Source of the DNA: a virus | DNA: 64,000 nucleotides | Strand: one strand, 5' to 3' | IMG/VR virus record: IMGVR_UViG_3300035128_000056 | Location: 1-64,000 of that record | In this document: piece after piece, positions 15,613 through 24,902 of the stretch | Layout: each line of letters begins with the position of its first letter | Numbering within the stretch: position 1 is the first letter of the stretch | Program-made: the position numbers and the translations under genes | The notes under the pieces: generated by a model | What the model was told of the DNA's origin: nothing | Seen by the model: the letters and a program-made list of their open reading frames with translations, nothing else | The model's database searches: none

Positions 15613-17094
15613 TTACTCCGGGAAGACCGCAAGCTCGTCAAGCTGCAGGAGACGCGGGCTGCTCGCATGGGTGGTTGCAACGGTGCCGGAACCTTCGACC
15701 ACCTCTCCACTAGCAACTGCGTCTAGCGTGAGCAGGGATACGTCCAGCGCCTTCGTCACCTGGTAGGGCCAATACGTCGGCGATGATGGATCGCGTTCGC
15801 CACGCCGTCCGTCTAGTACAGCGTGGGTGATTGGTCCTGGGCCAACTCCGTCGAAGTAGGCGATGGCAGCCGCAACCAGTGAATCGAGGGAGTCAGACCA
15901 CGGCATGACCCGCTGCCCAGTGGTCGGAGTGTATGTCGCGTCAGATGCGTCGTATGATGTGTCGATCGTCACCATCCACGGCCCGGTTCCACTCACACTG
16001 AGAGCAGTCTTGCGGATGAACTTGCGCTGAGTCGGGTCCCAGATCGCAAACACGATGCCGGCGCTGATGTCCCCACACGTGGAGTAGTCTGCGTTGGCAG
16101 TGACGAGCTGGAAATAGGTCGCTGAGGTGACCGTGCCGACCTGCACCGCCCCAGATCCGCTACCGGGACTCTCCTCGAAGTATGCGGGCCACGGCGTTTC
16201 GTTGAGCCACTGCGCCGCGCTTTCTGCCCAGGTGACCTTGGCGACGACGTCAACGGTTTGCGCTGTCGGGTCGAGATAGAACTGCAGGTCGCTCTTCGGC
16301 ATCTGCCCGAAGATGTAGTCCCGCACCAGCGTGGAGACCGCGGTGCTAGGCAGCCGCGATCCGTACTTGTTCGGCGCCACCGTGATCGTCCATCCGATCG
16401 TGCCTGGCCCATAGATCGCCGGGTAGCAGAACGCCTCCTCGATCTGGACGCCTGGTGTCTCCTTGATCGTTGCTCGATAGTCGGCGACGTTTCCGGATGC
16501 CGCCGGGTTCGAGAGGCGGTCGATGATCTTGGCAATGATCTGCTCGCGACCCTCGGCATCGGCACCACCACTTAGACCATCGCCGTTAGTCTGCTCCATC
16601 ACTGTGCAGGTTGGTGAGCAGCCTGGTCGCGGCGCCGTCCACTGCAGGACTGTTTCTGCGTCGAGGTTCGTTGTCGGTCCCGTGTCGATGGCAGCGACCG
16701 GTACGTCCTCGCCGTTGGTGTATAGCTTGGTCTGCGTGCATCGGAACCGGAGTCCAGTGACCTGGTCGGTGAGTTCGTCGCCGCTGAGGATCGAGGAGCC
16801 TCCAGTAGATGTCCGCACGGTGACGTACCCGTTCGAACCGGTCGCTCCCTGCAGCGGAACGCCGAGCTGGGCAGCAAGTTCCTCAAGCTCATCGAGCGAC
16901 TTCCCATCGAGTTGCAGCGCGCGCCCCAACTGGATCGCCGCAGCATGAATCGGCATCAACTGGTCTGCCAACAGCACCGCGTCCAGATAGGGCGGAGTCC
17001 CCACACCCGTCTCAGCACCCTGGTTCCGGAGCTTGTGATCGCGCTGGTACTTCTCAATGATGTCGGCGCGATCGTCGAATTCGAGTTCGGTCAC
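15613..17094 (-). CDS. Baseplate J-like protein (P2 gpJ / Mu gp47-like)
   Basis: 493 aa. Size and position (after the W-like gene, before the I-like gene) fit the conserved V-W-J-I order. ATGA overlap with the upstream gene. Confidence 0.6.
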   Translation of the reverse strand: MTELEFDDRADIIEKYQRDHKLRNQGAETGVGTPPYLDAVLLADQLMPIHAAAIQLGRALQLDGKSLDELEELAAQLGVPLQGATGSNGYVTVRTSTGGSSILSGDELTDQVTGLRFRCTQTKLYTNGEDVPVAAIDTGPTTNLDAETVLQWTAPRPGCSPTCTVMEQTNGDGLSGGADAEGREQIIAKIIDRLSNPAASGNVADYRATIKETPGVQIEEAFCYPAIYGPGTIGWTITVAPNKYGSRLPSTAVSTLVRDYIFGQMPKSDLQFYLDPTAQTVDVVAKVTWAESAAQWLNETPWPAYFEESPGSGSGAVQVGTVTSATYFQLVTANADYSTCGDISAGIVFAIWDPTQRKFIRKTALSVSGTGPWMVTIDTSYDASDATYTPTTGQRVMPWSDSLDSLVAAAIAYFDGVGPGPITHAVLDGRRGERDPSSPTYWPYQVTKALDVSLLTLDAVASGEVVEGSGTVATTHASSPRLLQLDELAVFPE

Positions 17095-17546
17095 GATGTC
17101 ACGCTCCTGCTCTGCTCATCGGCCCGCAGGTTGCGGTAGGTGGTCTTCACGTAGAGCCGTCCAAGCCTTGAGTTCTGGTCCGCCTGGATGTTCAAGATCT
17201 CGATGTCTCCGGCCGCCAGCAGCCGCTTGATCGGGTTGGCGCTTCGGACGCGCTCCTCGATGTCGCGCTGCAGTCGCGCCTTCGGTTGACCGAGCTGCAC
17301 GTCACGCAGGGTGTGACCGATCGTCTTGTCTCCGAGGAACGACCCTTGCGCCCAGAGCAACCCGATCGCGACCTGCGCGTCGACCGGGTGCAGTTCCTTC
17401 CACGCGGTCCCATTGAGCAAATAGGTCTTGGTGCTGGCATCAAAATGCAGCGCCGCTGGACAGACGCGGTTGGCCGCGTCGGATGGGTCCAGAACCGGGT
17501 CGAACCCGGCAGGTGATGCCGCTGGGGCGTAGGATCCAGCACCCAT
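17091..17546 (-). CDS. Baseplate wedge protein, W/gp25-like (tentative)
   Basis: 151 aa in the W position. C-terminal pattern GDIEILNIQADQNSRLGRLYVKTTYRNL resembles the gp25-like strand pattern. Confidence 0.4.
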   Translation of the reverse strand: MGAGSYAPAASPAGFDPVLDPSDAANRVCPAALHFDASTKTYLLNGTAWKELHPVDAQVAIGLLWAQGSFLGDKTIGHTLRDVQLGQPKARLQRDIEERVRSANPIKRLLAAGDIEILNIQADQNSRLGRLYVKTTYRNLRADEQSRSVTS

Positions 17547-17549
17547 GGG

Positions 17550-17876
17550 TCATCCAGTCGCGTCGAGGGGGCAGACGTCTGCCGGGAGGTTGGGGAGGGA
17601 TGGGATTCCTGGGATGGGGAGAGCCGGCACAGCAAGCCCCAGCGCCACCATAGGGACGTTTGGGAATCTAGGGGCTGGTACCGCGGGGAGGCTCGGAATT
17701 GACGGCACGCCCGGAATGGGGAGGGCTGGGACGGCAAGCGAAAGGGTGACTAACGGAACATTCGGGAAACGCGGAGCGGGGACTGCCGGCAGGTTCGGCA
17801 GGGACGGGATCCCAGGAACCGGTAGCGCAGGAATGGTAAGCCCGAGGGGGACTACCGGGAATTTGCAGAGAGTCAT
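17550..17876 (-). CDS. Proline-rich triple-repeat protein between spike and wedge genes
   Basis: 108 aa with about 2.7 copies of a ~33-aa unit (VPALPIPGIPSLPNLPAVPAPRFPNVP). TGATG overlap with the spike gene and a stop 3 nt before the next ATG support the minus-strand frame. Confidence 0.55.
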   Translation of the reverse strand: MTLCKFPVVPLGLTIPALPVPGIPSLPNLPAVPAPRFPNVPLVTLSLAVPALPIPGVPSIPSLPAVPAPRFPNVPMVALGLAVPALPIPGIPSLPNLPADVCPLDATG

Positions 17877-18655
17877 CAGAGCCCCTTGGTCAACGTCGAT
17901 GCGGTTCCGGCCAGCGCCGCTGCCAGCGCCGTCGCCGCTGCCTTCAACTGGGTCGCAACGGCCGCTCCGGAGTCGGGGGACCCAGTCGCCGGGATGATCG
18001 CATTGATGGCGTTGCAGAACGCTGTCAGCGCCGTCGCCATGGCAGGGTGCAGCACCAGTGGCAACGCGCCGTCGCCGCCCGCCTCGAATCCACCATAGGT
18101 CTTCAGTGCACCGTTACAGAGGATCCCGTCGTCGCTAATTTCTACGAACACCCCGCCGCCAGCGCTATGGAGGATCGTCTTCTCCTCGAACATGACTACC
18201 GCCATGCCCTCGGAGTGCTGGAGATTCAGGACACTGGCGCCGTTGTCGTCCACGCCGATCTGGACGAAGTGAGCCGAGTCCCCATCGGGGACGTAGATCG
18301 AATGGGTGCCTGTCTCCCCGTCGATCTCGTGGAACGATAGCTCTCCTGCGTCCGTAAAGGCGAACTGGTAGCTGACACCCTTCGTTCCGTTTGGGATGAG
18401 TTCGAGCGTTCTCGGGTCCGACTTTACGAAGGCGTAGCGTTCCCTGCTACCCCGCCGCATCGTGAGCACAGAGCAGCCGCGACCATCGGCATCGGGGTCG
18501 CGTGGGCGCCCGAAGAAGCCATACGGGTGGTGCGCCTCTGCGAGCGGCATCCCTCCTGGGTCTTCATCGCTCGCCACCGGGTCGATCTGGATTCCGAGGA
18601 ATCCGTCAGCATCCCAATCGCTCAGCTGTACGGTTCCGAAGTCCCAAGCCGGCAT
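17876..18655 (-). CDS. Baseplate central spike, gpV / Mu gp45-like (by position)
   Basis: Start at MPAWDFGTVQ (ATG 18655, TGATG overlap with the D-like gene). 259 aa with an Ala-rich C-terminus. Lies in the V position. Confidence 0.45.
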   Translation of the reverse strand: MPAWDFGTVQLSDWDADGFLGIQIDPVASDEDPGGMPLAEAHHPYGFFGRPRDPDADGRGCSVLTMRRGSRERYAFVKSDPRTLELIPNGTKGVSYQFAFTDAGELSFHEIDGETGTHSIYVPDGDSAHFVQIGVDDNGASVLNLQHSEGMAVVMFEEKTILHSAGGGVFVEISDDGILCNGALKTYGGFEAGGDGALPLVLHPAMATALTAFCNAINAIIPATGSPDSGAAVATQLKAAATALAAALAGTASTLTKGL

Positions 18656-19896
18656 CAGTCGTCCTCGATGGCGAATATCAAGTCCTCTGGTCGGTAGAGC
18701 TTGACGTTGGTCGTGGTTCCTCCGCCCATGCTGCGCGCAAACGTGACGTCGCCGACCCACATGAGCGCATTCTCTAGACCAATCCTCTCGTCGTTCACCA
18801 TGCAACAGAAATTTGGAAGCGGAACCGTGCGCTGTCCTGGAGCATGAAGCGCAGGAACGGTGTGCCCGCTGAACTGGTATTCGATATTCCAGGCTTCACG
18901 CCGTTCTTCCGCAGCCAGCCTACGAGCTTTGTATTCCGCTTCCTTGGTGGTCCGAATCTGCTCGTCGATGTCGAACCTGACCGTCCGTTTGGCTCCATAA
19001 TCGTTGACGCGCCGAAGCATCGCGCCGTCGTCGTGGAACCCAGTGACCTGTTTCTGCCCATCCTTTCCTCCCCCGGCCCTCCCTAACACTCGCACGCGCC
19101 AGTGGCGGTTCGTGGTGTCGCGGTGCAGGCGGACCAGGCGGGCGTTTCCTTCCCCGTGTAGGTTGCGCCGGATATCAAACGCTGGCTCCTGGTCGCCATT
19201 GGGTGCGCTGAGCAGAAACCATCCTTGCGGCCCGCACCAAAGGAAGAGCCCGGCCCGCATCAACTGGGCTCTGAGCCATGCGTAGCGTTGCTCTCCCGCG
19301 TTTCCGGTGATGACGTTGTAAACGACCCGAGCGGTCCCCGACTCCACCTCCTCGACTGTCTGCGTCTTCCCGTCTACGCTCGGCGTGTTGGACTTCGGTG
19401 GCTTGACCTGCGTCCCCTGGATCGCCATCAACTCGCGCGCCGTGTCGCCGCTCTTGAGGTCGTTAACAGTAAACCCCACCGCTTCGAGTTGTGACAGTAC
19501 CAGGTCGTAGTAGCTTTTCTCTGAGTAGCTTGTGTCCGCCTTGAAGTAGCTCTTGAAAAGCTCGCGCATGTTGTCGCGGCCTTGGTACTCGAGCAGCGTC
19601 CCACCTTCCCCCTCGACCACGTCCACCGTGTCGAGTCTTCCGGTCTGCAGGACCACTTCTTTTGACTGGTTCTCTCCTGGGTATGGGATGTGACGTAGCG
19701 CCAGTTCGAACGGCATCTCGTTGTCGTGCCGAGCCCACTGCTCTTGGATCGTTGCCGCCCCGAGCTTCAGCGAGAATGCGCTGGGCTGTTGGAACACGGA
19801 GACGTTTACCGAGTAGTCCTCGGTGCGGTATGCCACGTCCTCGTCGTTGATGCGGATCGAAACCTCGTCCGCCAGCCAGCCTCGATCCGCCATCAC
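18655..19896 (-). CDS. Baseplate hub, P2 gpD / Mu gp44-like
   Basis: 413 aa. Lies between the DNA-circulation-like gene and the spike gene, matching Mu gp43-gp44-gp45 order. Confidence 0.5.
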   Translation of the reverse strand: MMADRGWLADEVSIRINDEDVAYRTEDYSVNVSVFQQPSAFSLKLGAATIQEQWARHDNEMPFELALRHIPYPGENQSKEVVLQTGRLDTVDVVEGEGGTLLEYQGRDNMRELFKSYFKADTSYSEKSYYDLVLSQLEAVGFTVNDLKSGDTARELMAIQGTQVKPPKSNTPSVDGKTQTVEEVESGTARVVYNVITGNAGEQRYAWLRAQLMRAGLFLWCGPQGWFLLSAPNGDQEPAFDIRRNLHGEGNARLVRLHRDTTNRHWRVRVLGRAGGGKDGQKQVTGFHDDGAMLRRVNDYGAKRTVRFDIDEQIRTTKEAEYKARRLAAEERREAWNIEYQFSGHTVPALHAPGQRTVPLPNFCCMVNDERIGLENALMWVGDVTFARSMGGGTTTNVKLYRPEDLIFAIEDD

Positions 19897-20792
19897 GCCG
19901 CCGGGATATACTTGATGTCGGTTCCAGCTGGGATGTGGTAGGCGTCACCGATCGCGTTGAGATTCAGAATGTCGATCGCGTAGCTGCTGTCGCCGTCGTA
20001 GATGGCGCTCGACACCTCGTCCGCCGTCATCTCGCTCGGTGTCGTGTAGGTCTTGAACTGATCGATCCCGAGCGCCGTCTCTGCGAAGTCGTTGACGGAC
20101 TCCCAAAGGCGCTTCATCGCCTCGAGCAATTCCCAATTCTCCGGATCGTTCAGCAAGTCGAGCGTCTCGTCCGCCTCCTGGAACAGCGCCCGCATCCCCT
20201 CGATCTTCTCCGCCAGGAACCCCGCCCACATTTGCGCCGTGTCCCTGAACGCCAGGATCGCGTTCACCCCTTCTCGGATCTGCTGGAAGACGCTTGGCAT
20301 CGGATCCGGGCTGAGCGATTCGAAGTCGCCGAGTTGCACAGACATGACCCCGACCTGGAACTGCAATGTCGTGAGCGTGAGGAAGTCGGACTCCTGGTCC
20401 TCTCGAAACGTCAGCTCAACGCTCTCACCGCTGCGCCATTGGACCGAGAGCTCGCGCGTCCAGTTCGTGCAATAGGCGCGAATCTCACCAATGTTGGGGA
20501 TGTAGAGATCTTGTGTGTCGCCGTTCTCGAAGTACTGCTGTAGCACCCCGAGATCGGTCAGCAGGTTTCGATTTGCGAAGCGCCCGCCACCCCTTCCAAT
20601 TCGCTCGTCGAACTTAGACGACACGCTGATTTCGTACAGCTTGCGACCGAGCTTCTCCGCAGCCCCTCCATGAACGTGAGGATATTCGTGGACGTGATCT
20701 CGCTGTACACCACGGACGGTGATCCGCTGGTACGGCATCGTGATACCGCCGAACTTCAGCGGCTGCAGTGTATCCAGGTATGCTTCGGCCAT
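19893..20792 (-). CDS. Mu gp43-like tail protein (DNA circulation N-terminal domain-like)
   Basis: 299 aa. N-terminus LKFGGITMPYQRITVRG...HEYPH fits the family pattern as recalled. Lies immediately after the tape measure gene. Confidence 0.5.
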   Translation of the reverse strand: MAEAYLDTLQPLKFGGITMPYQRITVRGVQRDHVHEYPHVHGGAAEKLGRKLYEISVSSKFDERIGRGGGRFANRNLLTDLGVLQQYFENGDTQDLYIPNIGEIRAYCTNWTRELSVQWRSGESVELTFREDQESDFLTLTTLQFQVGVMSVQLGDFESLSPDPMPSVFQQIREGVNAILAFRDTAQMWAGFLAEKIEGMRALFQEADETLDLLNDPENWELLEAMKRLWESVNDFAETALGIDQFKTYTTPSEMTADEVSSAIYDGDSSYAIDILNLNAIGDAYHIPAGTDIKYIPAA

Positions 20793-20795
20793 GGC

Positions 20796-23087
20796 TCACT
20801 GCTTGTCGCGTCCAGATGAGTCGATCGTCGGTGTCGCGGCGTTCTTCAGCTCTTGCGTATTCGTCACGCGCACCCGCACCTCGCCTCGCAGAGCTTGCTG
20901 GATCCCGTCGAGTTGCTGCGCCGCTTTCGCCTGCTCGGCCGCCGCCTTTTCGCGCGCCGCAGCTTCCGCCTTCGCGCGCTCGTTCATCGCCTTGTCACCG
21001 GTCGGGTCGGAGGCAAAGTCGTAAGCCCACTTTCCCGCCTTGTAGACCGAGAGCTCCTTGGCCGCGTCCCCGAGCGACCCACCACCGGCAAGCGTTCCTA
21101 GTGCGCCGACAGCGCCACCGGCAAACAGGAAGTTCGCAACAGAGCCAGCGGTAAGATCGTTCGCTCCGGTCTGGTTCGTTCCACCCCTGATGTTGCCGCT
21201 GAGCGCCATAGCCTCGGTTCCGCCCGCAAGCAGACCAATCGCCATTAGACTTGCCGCCGTCCCAGCGGCCATTGGCGCGGCCTTACCCGCCGCAGCTCCG
21301 ACGGCGCCCGGCGCGATGGTTCCTGGAGGAACCGTGCCAGGTGGAATAGTTCCAGGGGGAATAGGGATTCCTCCCCGGGGAATGGATCCAAGGATTGCCC
21401 TCTCGATCGCACCACGGAACGCTGACTCAAGCCCTGCTCTCGCAATCGAGAAGACGATTGCTGACACGATCGCTTGACCTGGGTTGCTGGCCGCCCATTG
21501 AACGATGCGGCCGAATTGCTCCGCCAACTTCAGGAGTTGAGGTGCCAGCTTTTCGAAGGCTGGGATCAGCTTGTCCGCCATCGAAGCCACGATCTTCTCA
21601 AGCTGCTGGTTGAATCGCTTCGCTTTGGCCTCGGTTCCACCGAGCATGGTTGCTAGATCGCTGTCGATCTGCGATTCAGACACGCGGCGCGCAAACTTGT
21701 CGAACTCCTTGTTGACGGCAGCTACACCAGCCTTGCCTCCACCGGCTCCCTGGAAGACAGTGACGAACTCCTGCATAGCCAAGAATGCTCTCTTGTTGGG
21801 CATTATGGTCTGCAGTTGTTCCAATTGGTTCATCTGCACGCGCCCGCGTCCCCGGACCTTCACCTCGCGAGTCCCCTCCGTTGCCGCGAGCGTGGAGGTC
21901 ATGATCTCGCGTAAGCTTCTCATCTTCCCACCGGCGCCGAAAACCTCCACGCCAGCGACCTCTTTAAATTTTGACGCCTGCTTGGTGAGCGCCAGAGCAA
22001 AGTTCTGGGTATATGTAGACGCGGTTGCGGCGTTCTTCGCCGGGCCGCGCTCCGCAAGTTGGGCGATGGCGGTGAGTTCACCTATGTTCCTGCCTGTCTG
22101 GCCCTCGAAGAGGTTGGCGATGCCAGAAAGCTTTGGTAGCTCTTTCGCCATTTTCTCCATGGTGATGGAGCCAATCTTCCCCTGGTATACGATCCCCTTC
22201 ATGAGTTCCAGGGTGACCCGGTTTCGTTTGGCAACATCGCCGGCGTACTCCGCCTGGCTGGCGAGCGCCGAGTCGATCTTTCCGGCCGCTCGCATGGTGT
22301 CCTCAAAATCCACCGCCTGCGATCGCGCAAGCCGCGCAAGCTCTGGAGACAGGGCTCTTGCTCCTTCGAGGTTGCCAAGAAGGTCCACGAATGCTTTCTG
22401 ACCGCGCAGGATCTCCTCCGTTGCGACACTCATTTCCTCACCTAGGGCGCGTGCCTCCTCTCGAAGTTTTCCTGGATCAACACGCTGACCCGCGGCTCCT
22501 TCTTCGCCTTCCCTGAATGCTTGGATCGACAGGTCCCGCGCCATCTTGTCGGTCTGTACGACGCGACCCATCAGGCTGCCGAAGTTCGTCTCGACGCCTG
22601 CGCCGCGAGCGATGTCCATTGCTCCTCGACGAGCCATCGACATCACAGGGGCGTTGGGCCAGAAGAACCTCGTGGCTCGATGCGACGTCCGGCGAGCGAA
22701 TGATTCTCGCTCCTTCATCGCGCGCCGCTCTTGTCTCGCGCGCTCCCTGGCAATTCTTGCTTGCTGCCGCGCAGCCCTCCTCTCTTCCTTCTCAACCTCC
22801 TTCAGGAGCTCACGATGCTCGCGATTGCGCTCGCGCATCTCCCTGCGAATGTCCGCCAGGCGCTTTTGAGATTCGCTCTTCGTCGCCTGTGTGGCGTGCT
22901 TCTCTGCGGCCAGATGTTCTTGCGACCAGGTGTCACGACCTCCCCTGCCGACTCCCTTTCTCTTCCCACCACTCAGTCCCTGCTGGACCTTTTTGCCAGC
23001 CTGCTGCGCTCTCTTTTCGATCGACGAGAATGGCTTTTCCCATCCGCTTGCTAGCGAACAGCCTACTTTGACGCGGACGGGAGTCAT
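20796..23087 (-). CDS. Tail tape measure protein
   Basis: Largest ORF (763 aa). Coiled-coil Lys/Glu/Arg-rich N-terminus, Ala/Gly-rich hydrophobic C-terminal part, tract IPPGTIPPGTVPPGTIAPG. Canonical position. Confidence 0.8.
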   Translation of the reverse strand: MTPVRVKVGCSLASGWEKPFSSIEKRAQQAGKKVQQGLSGGKRKGVGRGGRDTWSQEHLAAEKHATQATKSESQKRLADIRREMRERNREHRELLKEVEKEERRAARQQARIARERARQERRAMKERESFARRTSHRATRFFWPNAPVMSMARRGAMDIARGAGVETNFGSLMGRVVQTDKMARDLSIQAFREGEEGAAGQRVDPGKLREEARALGEEMSVATEEILRGQKAFVDLLGNLEGARALSPELARLARSQAVDFEDTMRAAGKIDSALASQAEYAGDVAKRNRVTLELMKGIVYQGKIGSITMEKMAKELPKLSGIANLFEGQTGRNIGELTAIAQLAERGPAKNAATASTYTQNFALALTKQASKFKEVAGVEVFGAGGKMRSLREIMTSTLAATEGTREVKVRGRGRVQMNQLEQLQTIMPNKRAFLAMQEFVTVFQGAGGGKAGVAAVNKEFDKFARRVSESQIDSDLATMLGGTEAKAKRFNQQLEKIVASMADKLIPAFEKLAPQLLKLAEQFGRIVQWAASNPGQAIVSAIVFSIARAGLESAFRGAIERAILGSIPRGGIPIPPGTIPPGTVPPGTIAPGAVGAAAGKAAPMAAGTAASLMAIGLLAGGTEAMALSGNIRGGTNQTGANDLTAGSVANFLFAGGAVGALGTLAGGGSLGDAAKELSVYKAGKWAYDFASDPTGDKAMNERAKAEAAAREKAAAEQAKAAQQLDGIQQALRGEVRVRVTNTQELKNAATPTIDSSGRDKQ

Positions 23088-23089
23088 GG

Positions 23090-23641
23090 TCAGTCCTCGC
23101 CCTCGATCTCATCGAGGATGTATCGCGCGTGCCTACGAACCCGTTGGGCGGCCATCTCGTCGAGCCATGGCGGGCACCCATACTCAAGAAGAAAGTCACC
23201 AAGGGCACCAATGTCGGCGTCATCAGCCTCGATCGATGACGGACTCTGCTCGACCTTCAGCCGCTCGACATGATGGTAGATGCGCCGGATGGTTTCGCTC
23301 CGTAGCGCCAATCGGATTGAATCGATCGGGTGCGTGAGTTGCTCTGGGTCGTTGCGGTGGTCGTTCGGATCGCAGACACACGAACCAACGAGCGCAGCCA
23401 TTACAGCGTCATTCCACTCAGCTTCTGCTGAGTCCAGATCGTCGGTCCCACGGAACTTCTCCGCAGCCCTGTCGGCAGCATCATGGCGTGCGTTGGACTC
23501 GTCCTGGTCGCTTGGTAGACGGAGACCGAAGCAGACGTCGCGATCGGGGCGGCCATCCCAACTGGTGGCCCACTCGCCTGGAGTAAGGACGATCGTCGCG
23601 GGCGGCGGCTTGCGGACGGCTGCTACCGCTGACATCTTCAT
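23090..23641 (-). CDS. Hypothetical acidic protein in tail-chaperone (T-frame) position
   Basis: 183 aa. ATGA overlap with the upstream chaperone-position gene. It is in the same frame as the -1 frame of that gene. Confidence 0.5.
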   Translation of the reverse strand: MKMSAVAAVRKPPPATIVLTPGEWATSWDGRPDRDVCFGLRLPSDQDESNARHDAADRAAEKFRGTDDLDSAEAEWNDAVMAALVGSCVCDPNDHRNDPEQLTHPIDSIRLALRSETIRRIYHHVERLKVEQSPSSIEADDADIGALGDFLLEYGCPPWLDEMAAQRVRRHARYILDEIEGED

Positions 23642-24384
23642 CGCCGCCTACCCTTCGATCTCTTTGTTCTGATCGCGCTTCGGTTTGGCTCCCTCTCCGC
23701 CTCTCTGCTCCTTTGCCCACTCCTCGAAGTCTCCGCAGAGTCGAGCCCACCACCAGACTTGAGCTTGAGACAGATGGCTAGCTGGTTTGCCGTAGTAAGC
23801 GCGAAGTTCAGTAGCGCGCCGTGCCGCAAGCTGCACAAGAAAGGGAAGCCATGTGGGCCCGTCGCTTCCTCGAGCATCACCCGGTACTCGTCCTCTGTCA
23901 GTTCGTTGAGCTGACCAGACACCTCCATCTGGAATGCGTCGTGCTCCTTGGCTAGCACCTGGATCCCATCAACACCGAGTTCACGCAGGGAGAGAAGCTG
24001 CTCGATCCCCTTGTCGAAGAACGGCTCCGGTTTCGCCGGATCGGAGTCGGGATCCACTACCCCGAGCAGGCAGGTCCAGATCGCCTTTCCATACTCGTAG
24101 AGTTCGTCGTCGGGCTTCGGATCCTCGAGTCCTCTCGCCTTGGCGAATTCTCGTGCTCGTTCGAGGATGACGCCGCTCTGCAGTGGCTCCAAAGCCAAAA
24201 GGCCGACCTCGGGCTGCGGCACGGGATCCGGTTGCCCCGGATGCTCCGCGCGCCACGCCTCGAGATCGGCCTCCTTCTGCTCTGGCGTCTTGCCGTGCAG
24301 TCGTAGTGCTGGGATGGTGCCTGCGATCGGAAGTGGCACCCGTTTGACCTGCGGGTTTCCCCGCAGCAGCTCGCTCGCCTTCAT
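23638..24384 (-). CDS. Tail assembly chaperone candidate (G position); 3' end has two competing frames
   Basis: 248 aa between the tube and tape measure genes. In-frame slippery heptamer CCCTTTC at 23845..23839. The last ~35 codons of frame 0 use rare AGG/AGA/AGT/CGA codons, while the -1 frame (track ORF 23648..23836) reads DFEEWAKEQ... with normal usage. Confidence 0.5.
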   Translation of the reverse strand: MKASELLRGNPQVKRVPLPIAGTIPALRLHGKTPEQKEADLEAWRAEHPGQPDPVPQPEVGLLALEPLQSGVILERAREFAKARGLEDPKPDDELYEYGKAIWTCLLGVVDPDSDPAKPEPFFDKGIEQLLSLRELGVDGIQVLAKEHDAFQMEVSGQLNELTEDEYRVMLEEATGPHGFPFLCSLRHGALLNFALTTANQLAICLKLKSGGGLDSAETSRSGQRSREAEREPNRSAIRTKRSKGRRR

Positions 24385-24412
24385 TTTTGCCCCGCTTGGT
24401 TGGTAATCTAGG

Positions 24413-24790
24413 TCATCCGGTGATCTTCGGCTTGCCGCCCATCAGCGTGATGGACCCGGTCTGCGTTCCATTCCTGTGGTCGCCAGCGAATGAGGCTTCG
24501 GTGATCCGCATCGGCTTGATGGTCACGAGTTTTCCGTTGATCGGCCCCATCGTGATCTCCACCTCTTCCTGCTCGACGAAGTACTCCTCGAGATTTGAGC
24601 CGTCTCCGCCGACTGGAACGGCGCGATTCATCTGCACCTGTGAGGTGAGTGGACCCGTCGAATGGTTCTCGTAACCACCCTCGATAATGATGGCCTCGGA
24701 TCCGTCGCTCATCTGAAGCGAGCCGTCGGTTTGGAACTTGAAGCGCCTGTTTTTGACGTAGATAGACGCGGCGCGAAACTTCGAAGCCAT
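24413..24790 (-). CDS. Tail tube protein
   Basis: 125 aa directly downstream of the sheath gene. Size and position are typical of contractile-tail tubes. Confidence 0.55.
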   Translation of the reverse strand: MASKFRAASIYVKNRRFKFQTDGSLQMSDGSEAIIIEGGYENHSTGPLTSQVQMNRAVPVGGDGSNLEEYFVEQEEVEITMGPINGKLVTIKPMRITEASFAGDHRNGTQTGSITLMGGKPKITG

Positions 24791-24847
24791 GGATGCTCCT
24801 CGGCTGTGGGCTCGCGCTGGGCGCGGCCATGAAAGGGTGCCGGCTCG

Positions 24848-24863
24848 CCCCGCGGCAGCGGGG
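24848..24863 (-). other. GC-rich hairpin (CCCCGC-ggca-GCGGGG) in the sheath-tube intergenic region
   Basis: 6-bp perfect stem. An alternative outer pairing is GGCTCGCC (24842-24849) with GGCGAGCC (24875-24882). Lies in the 112-nt gap between the two genes. Confidence 0.35.
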
Positions 24864-24902
24864 TCACGCCACTAGGCGAGCCGACAGAGACTGGGCGTCA
24901 GA

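Noticed and set aside
17545-17997. Plus-strand Gly-rich 150-aa ORF mirroring the proline-rich gene
   Set aside because: It is antisense to a frame that is start-stop coupled to both neighbours on the minus strand. It has no coupling or RBS of its own and overlaps the spike gene 3' end.
23648-23836. 62-aa ORF as an independent gene
   Set aside because: It lies wholly inside the chaperone-position gene in its -1 frame and starts with an internal GTG. It is better explained as the frameshift or alternative-frame part of that gene.
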